From the IMG/VR virus record IMGVR_UViG_3300025840_004398: DNA of 64,000 nucleotides; one strand, written 5' to 3'. The notes below the pieces were generated by a model. That model ran no database searches, was not told where the DNA came from, and worked only from the letters and a program-made list of their open reading frames with translations. Of this stretch, positions 46,780 through 53,904 are shown piece after piece. A program made the position numbers and the translations under genes. The DNA is from a virus. Its lineage: Duplodnaviria; Caudoviricetes. The first letter of the stretch is position 1. Every line of letters begins with the position of its first letter.

Positions 46780-46956
46780 ATGACAAAAAGACAATTGTAT
46801 GATATTATCAATGAAGAAATCGTTAATGTTAAAAAAGGCAAGATTAACGAGGAAATCACGAATGAAGATGAAAAACTCATTCGTGAATTGATACGTCAAG
46901 AGGTATCTGCAATTTTCTTTGATTTGTTTAAGAAACGTAAAATGTGGGGAGCATAA
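46780..46956 (+). CDS. Small hypothetical head-module protein, 58 aa
   Basis: Hand-translated: MTKRQLYDIINEEIVNVKKGKINEEITNEDEKLIRELIRQEVSAIFFDLFKKRKMWGA. Abuts the upstream TAA and overlaps the protease ATG (TAATG); not in the ORF track. Confidence 0.7.
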   Translation: MTKRQLYDIINEEIVNVKKGKINEEITNEDEKLIRELIRQEVSAIFFDLFKKRKMWGA

Positions 46957-47546
46957 TGAGTAACTTACTAATAGAAACCAGATTATTCGAAGGTAGAGTA
47001 AACGAAGATAGTAGTGGAAGAACTATTGTTAAGGGTATTTTACAAAGAGCTGGTGCAGAAAATCAAAATGGGAGAATCTATCCAAAGGATATTCTTGAAA
47101 GAGAAGCTCAAAAGTACGAAACTCTTATCAAAGAAAGACGTGCTCTTGGTGAATTAGACCATCCTGATTCTTCAGTCATCAACCTAAAGAACGTATCTCA
47201 CAATGTAAGAGAGATTCATTGGGATGGTGATGATTTAGTTGGTACAGTAGAGATATTACCTACACCAAGTGGAAACATCTTAAAAGAATTATTAAAAGCA
47301 GGTATCCTATTAGGTATATCATCTCGTGGTATGGGTTCAGTAGAACCACTATCAGGTGGTAAAGTACAAGTAGGAGAAGATTTTGAGTTAATAGGTTGGG
47401 ATTTTGTATCTAACCCATCAACTCATGGTGCTTTCATGACACCAATGAACGAATCGATTAATAAACAATTAAAAGAACAAGTTGTTTGTGGCGATTATTG
47501 TAAAGCACAAGATATGATGAGAGAAATTATAACTGAATTAAGTTAA
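46956..47546 (+). CDS. Prohead maturation protease (T4 gp21-like)
   Basis: NQNGRIYP, LGELDHPD, GISSRGMGS, WDFVSNPSTHGAFM. Track start 46944. Confidence 0.95.
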   Translation: MSNLLIETRLFEGRVNEDSSGRTIVKGILQRAGAENQNGRIYPKDILEREAQKYETLIKERRALGELDHPDSSVINLKNVSHNVREIHWDGDDLVGTVEILPTPSGNILKELLKAGILLGISSRGMGSVEPLSGGKVQVGEDFELIGWDFVSNPSTHGAFMTPMNESINKQLKEQVVCGDYCKAQDMMREIITELS

Positions 47547-47548
47547 TT

Positions 47549-47737
47549 ATGGCATTTTCAATACAAGACTATATGTCTAAAAATAAAATTAAGTTAGGAA
47601 CTGTTACCAAAGAAGTTGGTGATAATCCCTATAAAGGTTACAATGATATTCGTAAAACGAATTATGATGTAAAACTAACTGAAGATGGGAAGTTAGACCT
47701 TTACACACACAAAACTGAAACAAAAACATATAAATAG
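47549..47737 (+). CDS. Hypothetical protein, 62 aa
   Basis: Fills the gap 2 nt after the protease stop; contains a KLTE motif. Confidence 0.55.
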   Translation: MAFSIQDYMSKNKIKLGTVTKEVGDNPYKGYNDIRKTNYDVKLTEDGKLDLYTHKTETKTYK

Positions 47738-47745
47738 GAGTAAAT

Positions 47746-47889
47746 ATGTCAGATTTAACATTAGGTGGTTCAAAGACACATCAAGGAAATAACACAACAC
47801 ATACAGATTCATCTATTGGTGGAAGTAAGACACATAAGGGATATCAGGCATCTCATTCCCCTTCCACACTTGGTGGTTCAAAAAAGTAA
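47746..47889 (+). CDS. Small repeat peptide, 47 aa, (L/I)GGSK x3
   Basis: SD AGGAG, then MSDLTLGGSKTHQGNNTTHTDSSIGGSKTHKGYQASHSPSTLGGSKK (hand-translated; not in the ORF track). Confidence 0.7.
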   Translation: MSDLTLGGSKTHQGNNTTHTDSSIGGSKTHKGYQASHSPSTLGGSKK

Positions 47890-47908
47890 TTTTAAATAGG
47901 ATAGGATT

Positions 47909-48712
47909 ATGATTAAATTAGGTGGATTAGTAACGTTAAAACCAATCAATGAGGTAGAATATACCCACATTGGATATGGTAAATATAAAGAAAAGGGTAA
48001 AGAAAAAGACCCTCAAGCAGTAACCTATCAAAAAGATGATAATGGTAAATTCACACCTATTTCATCACACGCAGCGGCAGCGAAGGGAGGTGATTCCTCT
48101 GCCGGAAAAGATAAGCCTAAAGTGAATATCTTCGATAAACCTAAAAAAGATAAAGAAGAACCTAAGAAAGATGGTGGTGATGACATATCAACTCCTAATT
48201 CAGTAGCAGGAACTGGTCAAGCAGACCCTAATGTTAATAAGGCAGTTCGTAAAGCAGCTCAGAAAGCTGGAATTACTCCAGGAAAATTAGGTAAAGAAGA
48301 ATACGAAAAGAAAATGGCTCAAGCAGCATATGAAGCCCTAACTGATGCTAACTTCCATACTGAAGCAAGATGGTTGATTGCAGATTTAGAAGGTAAACCA
48401 GAGTTAAGAGAGAAGCCAGAATATCCATCCTTTGATGATAAAGATTATGATGAAAAAATAAAAGCAATTAGAGATAAGTACTATTCTCAATATGCAGATG
48501 ATGTTGATGAAGATGCATATGAATTAGGAGTTAAATCATCTCAAGAAGCTGGATGGGCTGGTGCTACTGCAATTGAAGGTTTGGTATTCGATTTGAAAAT
48601 GAATGGTTCACATAAATTAGCAAACACAATATTAAAATCTTTCAAAGATGCAAATTCATCTCGTAACGAAGGAAGATTAAAAATAGGAAACTTATTACCA
48701 GAGGTAAATTAA
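47909..48712 (+). CDS. Putative internal head protein
   Basis: Leader MIKLGGLVTLKPINE, Lys/Asp-rich linker and helical domain. Confidence 0.6.
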   Translation: MIKLGGLVTLKPINEVEYTHIGYGKYKEKGKEKDPQAVTYQKDDNGKFTPISSHAAAAKGGDSSAGKDKPKVNIFDKPKKDKEEPKKDGGDDISTPNSVAGTGQADPNVNKAVRKAAQKAGITPGKLGKEEYEKKMAQAAYEALTDANFHTEARWLIADLEGKPELREKPEYPSFDDKDYDEKIKAIRDKYYSQYADDVDEDAYELGVKSSQEAGWAGATAIEGLVFDLKMNGSHKLANTILKSFKDANSSRNEGRLKIGNLLPEVN

Positions 48713-48713
48713 A

Positions 48714-49100
48714 ATGATAAAATTAAAATCACTTATTCAAGAAGGAACTCATTCTCATGTTGGTATTATTGAACCAAATGGAAAGATTACTTCTGTTTAT
48801 ACTCATTACGATGGTTATCCTGAAAACATGAAACCTGCAATTAAACACCATTTTAAATCTGATAAAGATGTAAAAAATTATATCAAAAAAGGTGGTGCTA
48901 CTGGTATTTACAAAGACAAAGAAGTAGATAGATACTATGGAAGTGGGGGATTTGTTGCAAATGGAAGAGTAAATAATATTAGTGATTATATGCAACAAGC
49001 AGATGAAAAAGGTGGAGCCGATTGGATTTATCTTTATAATACTGCTAAAAAGAAATGGTTTTATGGTAAATATGGAAAACCACTAAAACCACTATACTAA
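48714..49100 (+). CDS. Putative internal head protein with YxHxDGYP domain
   Basis: Leader MIKLKSLIQE, then SVYTHYDGYP...WIYLY, a motif recurrent in phage hypothetical proteins. Confidence 0.6.
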   Translation: MIKLKSLIQEGTHSHVGIIEPNGKITSVYTHYDGYPENMKPAIKHHFKSDKDVKNYIKKGGATGIYKDKEVDRYYGSGGFVANGRVNNISDYMQQADEKGGADWIYLYNTAKKKWFYGKYGKPLKPLY

Positions 49101-49113
49101 AAGGAGAATAGAA

Positions 49114-49872
49114 ATGAAATTAACCCAACTCATAAAAGAAAATGAAGAAAGACCTTTATCTACTGAGGTAAAGAGACACTTCCTTGAAATCGTTTCTACT
49201 TACAACAAGTACCAAGAATCGATGGATAGAAAATCTGATATTATCAAAGTAGCAGAAACCCTTGGTGGTATTACTGAAGCTGCTAGAACACTTGCAATCA
49301 AAGAAGCAGGAGATTGGTTCGATAAACACACAGTTAAGAGAAACATGAGTGAATTGGATAAGTTGGGTAAACAATTCGATAAAGTTGCTCTTGAGGCTCG
49401 TGCACTTGACCAAAGAATGGCAGGATTGTACGAAGATATGGGACATATCCTTTCAAGATACTATAAGTTTGGTGAAATCACAGAGGACCAAATGAAACAA
49501 AGATTAGGTATCAAAGAATCTAAAGATGGTGGTTGTGGATGTGGATGTGGCTGTGGTGGTAACAAATCAGTAAACGAAGAAACAATCACAGAGCAACCAG
49601 TAATGATTTCTAAAAGAACAGAAAGTGGAAACATTGTAACTACTTTAAAAGAAGTATCTGATTTAAACGAAGAAGAAGTTAAACTTTATGAGTTTGGTTT
49701 AAAGGTTGAAAAAGTATTGATGAGTGAAAAATCTTGTCCAACTGATGCTTCTAAATGGTCTTACTACAAAGGACAAGCTAAAAAGAAATTCGATGTTTAT
49801 CCATCTGCATACGCTAATGGTTGGGCTGCAAAACAATACAAATCAGCTGGAGGTGGTTGGAAAAACTGTTAA
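49114..49872 (+). CDS. Putative internal head protein (coiled coil + basic C-terminal module)
   Basis: SD AAGGAG; leader MKLTQLIKE; internal GIKE, SVNE and LNE motifs; C-terminal KKKFDVYPSAYANGWAAKQYK..GGGW. Confidence 0.6.
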   Translation: MKLTQLIKENEERPLSTEVKRHFLEIVSTYNKYQESMDRKSDIIKVAETLGGITEAARTLAIKEAGDWFDKHTVKRNMSELDKLGKQFDKVALEARALDQRMAGLYEDMGHILSRYYKFGEITEDQMKQRLGIKESKDGGCGCGCGCGGNKSVNEETITEQPVMISKRTESGNIVTTLKEVSDLNEEEVKLYEFGLKVEKVLMSEKSCPTDASKWSYYKGQAKKKFDVYPSAYANGWAAKQYKSAGGGWKNC

Positions 49873-49882
49873 GGAGAGAACA

Positions 49883-51787
49883 ATGGCATCAGTAGTAGGT
49901 AAAACAATTTTTTCAGATGGTAAAGGTAAACTGTTCTTCGGTTATTACAAAACCGATGATGCTGTTGAATTTGTAGATTACAAAACTTGGAAGAAACTTT
50001 CTTTCAAAGATGTATCCAAAGGTGATACCAACAAAGAACGAGTAATCAAAGCAATCGTAAAGAACCAAAAACAATTCAATAAGAAAGTTGATTTCAATAT
50101 GTGGGCTAAGAAACAAAAAAGAAGTTTCGAGGACACTATGGATTGGTTTATCCAAAATGGTTGGATTAATAACGTTACCAAAAGAGGAATTAAAGAATCT
50201 GTTGATGTATTATCAATAAACGAAATATTAGTAATAGTAGATAAGTTTGATAAAAGAAAACAAGATTACGGTAAAATTTATTGGAAAGATGGTGGTAGAG
50301 GACCAGGTGATGGTGATATCAACAAGGCAAAAAAAGAATTTGCTAAATTGAGTAAGAAACACAAAGGTTTATCTCTCGTATCAGTTGGTAGAAATAGCAG
50401 GATGTATGATGTAATGGATGAATCAGTAAACGAAGCAATGAAACCATCACAAGTTCGTTCAGCAATTTCAAAAGTTAAAAAAGGACTAATGAGAAAGTGG
50501 AAACAAAAAGGTGGATACGAAAACTTTGGACAAAAAGAACTTTCTCAAATGAAAGATAAGTTTGATTACAATCCATATGGTTCACCTGATGAAAGACAGA
50601 TTTCAAAGATGTTAGATGGATTTGATGATTGGGCAATGAACTACGATGGTAATATGAGAGAAGGTAAAAAAAGATTCAAAAGACAAGATGGTATTGGTAA
50701 AGCAAAATACACTATCTCTTACCACGATGGAAAAAAGAAACACAAAGATGGTAGTGATTTCTTTGATATGAAAATCTTCAAAAACAAAAAAGATTTAAGT
50801 GATTTTGTTGGTTCACTTGTAAAACAAGGATATAAACTAACAAATGAATCAGTAAACGAAGTTAAATATGATACTGCTCTTGCTGACTTTAATAAAGAGT
50901 TAGAAAAAAACTCTGAAGTTAGAAAAGCAGCAAAACATTACAAAAAATCTACAAAAGATGTTGTAAAGGCATTGCAATCAAAAATTAAAGTAAATAGATA
51001 TAGTGATAAATCTATTAAACAAGTATCTATTGATTATAAAGAAGATGGGCCACTTTCAAGTAAAGTATCTATAAAATTATCTAAAGATTACAAACAAAAT
51101 GAATCAGTAAACGAAGATAGAAATTCTAATATGTTCTATGTTCTTTACCAAAAGAAAGGTGTCTTTGGTAAACCTGCAGCAGCTGGATATAAAGATAGAA
51201 AAGATGCTGAAAAATTTGCTAAGAGTTTAGGAAATAATCACAACACAATGATTCTTGATAAACAATCAATGAAGAATGTAAAAGGTGTTGATGTAAACGA
51301 ATCAGCAAGTAAAGAAGCAATGGGTATTGCAGCATTAACTGGTACTCGTGGTTCTGCGGTTCAAGATTTCATTGATAAAAATAGAATCAATAGTAAGAAA
51401 TTATTTAAAGCATTAAAATCAGCAAACCTACAAGGTAGAATTAACTTCGCTAATGGATTAGCTGGTAAACCTGGTAATCCAAACGCAAAACTTACAATCA
51501 AACTTTTTGGTGAATCAGTAAACGAAGCTAAATTTGGTTACAAAGACTCTAAAGCTTCATACATCAAGAAACACAAAGATGAGTATAAACAAGCAGAGAA
51601 AATGAATAATGGGAATGAAAAACGTTTCTACGATTTGTTACAACAAATGGAAGATAAAGTAGGACATCCTAAAACTATGTTATTTATCTCTAATGCACTT
51701 CGTGGTTATGGTGTTGATATGTACAAAGACCCAAAGATTAAAAATCCACAAGATGCACAAGAGGCTCTTTTCTTATTGAGTAAATAA
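49883..51787 (+). CDS. Modular polyprotein-like putative internal head protein (ESVNE-linked modules)
   Basis: SD AAGGAG before ATG 49883 (track start 49724 overlaps the previous gene). About eight small domains separated by ESVNE/INE/VNE/MRE motifs. Confidence 0.65.
   Translation: MASVVGKTIFSDGKGKLFFGYYKTDDAVEFVDYKTWKKLSFKDVSKGDTNKERVIKAIVKNQKQFNKKVDFNMWAKKQKRSFEDTMDWFIQNGWINNVTKRGIKESVDVLSINEILVIVDKFDKRKQDYGKIYWKDGGRGPGDGDINKAKKEFAKLSKKHKGLSLVSVGRNSRMYDVMDESVNEAMKPSQVRSAISKVKKGLMRKWKQKGGYENFGQKELSQMKDKFDYNPYGSPDERQISKMLDGFDDWAMNYDGNMREGKKRFKRQDGIGKAKYTISYHDGKKKHKDGSDFFDMKIFKNKKDLSDFVGSLVKQGYKLTNESVNEVKYDTALADFNKELEKNSEVRKAAKHYKKSTKDVVKALQSKIKVNRYSDKSIKQVSIDYKEDGPLSSKVSIKLSKDYKQNESVNEDRNSNMFYVLYQKKGVFGKPAAAGYKDRKDAEKFAKSLGNNHNTMILDKQSMKNVKGVDVNESASKEAMGIAALTGTRGSAVQDFIDKNRINSKKLFKALKSANLQGRINFANGLAGKPGNPNAKLTIKLFGESVNEAKFGYKDSKASYIKKHKDEYKQAEKMNNGNEKRFYDLLQQMEDKVGHPKTMLFISNALRGYGVDMYKDPKIKNPQDAQEALFLLSK
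50420..51526 (+). repeat. Four exact in-frame 15-nt repeats GAATCAGTAAACGAA (ESVNE)
   Basis: Copies start at 50420, 50846, 51101 and 51512; spacings 426, 255 and 411 nt. Confidence 0.85.
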
Positions 51788-52152
51788 TGAAACTCCAAGA
51801 ACTATTTACAGAAATTATCGAAGAAAACAGATGTATCCATTGTGGAAACATTGTTAACGAAGATTTAAAAAATTGGTTTAAATCTAAATGGGTAAACATT
51901 GGTAAAAAAGTTGGTGGAAAGCATCCACCTTGTGGAACAAGTGGTTCAAAGAGTGGATACGCTAAATGTGTTCCAGCTGCAAAAGCAAAAACTATGAGTA
52001 AGAAAGAAAAAGAATCTGCAACTCGTAGAAAAAGAGCAGCACAAAACAAGGCAGGAAGAGGTGGAGTAAATTCACCAGGTCAAGGTAAAAAACCAATAAA
52101 CGTTTCAACACATACTAAAGGAAGAAAATCAGGAACTGGTAAAGGTTCTTAA
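51787..52152 (+). CDS. Putative internal head protein, basic Cys-containing module
   Basis: MKLQELFTEIIEE, CIHC, IVNE, then DLKNWFKSKWVNIG...HPPCG...YAKCVP...RRKR. Confidence 0.6.
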   Translation: MKLQELFTEIIEENRCIHCGNIVNEDLKNWFKSKWVNIGKKVGGKHPPCGTSGSKSGYAKCVPAAKAKTMSKKEKESATRRKRAAQNKAGRGGVNSPGQGKKPINVSTHTKGRKSGTGKGS

Positions 52153-52167
52153 AAATAAATTTATATA

Positions 52168-52175
52168 TATTTATA
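52168..52175 (+). promoter_or_regulatory. TATTTATA putative late-promoter motif for bS21
   Basis: Exact motif 20 nt before ATG 52196. Confidence 0.6.
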
Positions 52176-52195
52176 GTTACACTAAATAAAGGAGA

Positions 52196-52522
52196 ATGGC
52201 AAAAAACAAAACATTGGTATCGGTCAAAGTAATAAAAGGAGATATCAACAGAGCACTTAAAAAATACAAAAGAAGAGTTAACGATAGTGGACATCTTCTT
52301 GAACTACGAGATAGAAAAACTTATACAAAACCCAAAACCATTCGTAGGAAAGCAAAACAACAAGCAATTAGAGAACAACAGAAAGAAACTATTCTTGGTA
52401 AAATTGCTGATGGTGATAATACTCTAAGGTTTTATACAAAAAAGAAAAAAACCAAACCAAATAAACCCAAAAATAACAATAATCAAGAAAAAACCATAGA
52501 AAACTATGGTTTAAAAATGTAA
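52196..52522 (+). CDS. rpsU: Phage-encoded ribosomal protein bS21 with C-terminal extension
   Basis: VSVKVIKGDINRALKKYKRRVNDSGHLLELRDRKTYTKPKTIRRKAKQQAIR fits the bS21 pattern (V...i.RALK.fKr....G...e.r.R..y.KP...Rr); about 45 extra Lys/Asn-rich residues. Confidence 0.88.
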   Translation: MAKNKTLVSVKVIKGDINRALKKYKRRVNDSGHLLELRDRKTYTKPKTIRRKAKQQAIREQQKETILGKIADGDNTLRFYTKKKKTKPNKPKNNNNQEKTIENYGLKM

Positions 52523-52528
52523 TTGATA

Positions 52529-52688
52529 TACTTATATACATAATAACCCACCTCTATGTGGGTTCTATTTTATTGGTTTATGAATATCCACGATTCTATG
52601 TAGGATGACCGAAACGACCAATTAGTTTAATTTATACATTGAAAATCCCTTAATATTTTCACGAATAATAACGAAAGGTAACTTTATT
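52529..52688 (+). promoter_or_regulatory. Variant motif TACTTATA plus structured 5' leader of the scaffold-capsid operon
   Basis: TACTTATA at 52529-52536; hairpins at 52545-52564, 52586-52607 and 52641-52662; outer pairing 52572-52577 with 52618-52623. Confidence 0.45.
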
Positions 52689-53879
52689 ATGGCAAATTCA
52701 AATTTGTTAAAAGAAGCCATCGCTGATGCTAAAGCTGTTAGAGAAACTGCTATTGCTAATGCAAAGATTGCACTTGAAGAAGCATTTACTCCAAGATTAC
52801 AATCTATCCTTTCTCAGAAACTTCAACAAGAAATGGAAGAAGAAGTAACTGAAGAAGTAGAAGATGTAAACGAGGAAGAAGTAACTGAAGAAGTTTCTGA
52901 AGAAGTAGTTAACGAAGAAGAGATTGAAGAATCTACTGAAGAAGTTAACGAAGAAGAAATCTCTGAAGAATCTGAAGAAGTAACTGAAGGTGAATACACT
53001 GCAGAAGGTGAAGAGCAAATCACTGCTGAATCAGAAGAAGTAACGGAATCGGAAGAAGTTGATGAAGCTTTATCTGTAACTGTTTCTGAAACTGAGGAAG
53101 AAGAAGAAGCTGATGTAAGCGAAGAGGCTGAAGAAGAAGGTGATGAAGTTGAAGAAACTTATCACGAAGAAGAAGAATCAGATGAAGATGAACTTGATTT
53201 AGAAGCTATCATCAGAGAACTTGAAGAAGAACTCGATGATGAAGAAGAAGAACAAGTTGCTGATATCGCTGATGACGCTGTTGCAGGTCATGAAGATGAT
53301 ATGCACGAAGAAGAAGAAGAAGAAGCTGGTGAAGAAGAAGCTGAAGAAGCTGAGGAAGAAGCTGGTGAAGAATCTGAAGAAGATTTAGATGAAGAAATCG
53401 ACCTTAACGAAATCCTAAGAGAAATGGGATACGGTGAGGAAGAAGAATCTGAAGAAGAAGTTTCTGAAGAAGTTGTAGAAGAAACTAACGAACTTGATGA
53501 GGTTAAAGCAGAATTGGAAGAAGCAATGTCTACTATCAAAGAACTTAAATCTACTATCAACGAAGTTAATTTGTTAAACGCAAAACTTCTTTACACTAAC
53601 AAACTATTCCGTTCTTATGACTTAACTAACGAACAAAAAATGAAAGTTGTTGAGACACTAGACAGAACTGGTAACGTAAGAGAAGTAAAATTGGTATTCA
53701 GTACATTAGCTGAATCATTCAAGTTTACTGGAACTACGAAAAAACAAAAACAAACTGCTAAAATCAACGAATCATTCGCATCTAAGCCCGTTGCTTCAAC
53801 TGCTCCTACTAAGGAAGTAATTACTGAGTCAACTAACACGATGGCTGAAAGATTTAAGAAATTGGCTAATATTAATTAA
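52689..53879 (+). CDS. Prohead core scaffolding protein (T4 gp22-like)
   Basis: MANSNLLKEAIADAKAVRETA...; very Glu-rich middle; C-terminal LNEVNLLNAKLLY-type coiled coil; immediately upstream of the capsid gene. Confidence 0.85.
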   Translation: MANSNLLKEAIADAKAVRETAIANAKIALEEAFTPRLQSILSQKLQQEMEEEVTEEVEDVNEEEVTEEVSEEVVNEEEIEESTEEVNEEEISEESEEVTEGEYTAEGEEQITAESEEVTESEEVDEALSVTVSETEEEEEADVSEEAEEEGDEVEETYHEEEESDEDELDLEAIIRELEEELDDEEEEQVADIADDAVAGHEDDMHEEEEEEAGEEEAEEAEEEAGEESEEDLDEEIDLNEILREMGYGEEEESEEEVSEEVVEETNELDEVKAELEEAMSTIKELKSTINEVNLLNAKLLYTNKLFRSYDLTNEQKMKVVETLDRTGNVREVKLVFSTLAESFKFTGTTKKQKQTAKINESFASKPVASTAPTKEVITESTNTMAERFKKLANIN

Positions 53880-53904
53880 CAAAATTTATTAAGGAGAGAT
53901 AAAA

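Noticed and set aside
50420-51526. CRISPR array suggested by regularly recurring exact repeats
   Set aside because: The repeats are only 15 nt, 255-426 nt apart, in frame within a CDS, and no cas genes are present.
52572-52623. Hammerhead ribozyme (TTATGA...stem...CGAAAC resemblance)
   Set aside because: The catalytic core CUGAUGA is absent and I cannot build the three-stem junction with a cleavage triplet.
52820-53520. GAAGAA-rich low-complexity tract as a novel repeat element
   Set aside because: Explained by the Glu-rich region normal for T4-type scaffolding proteins.
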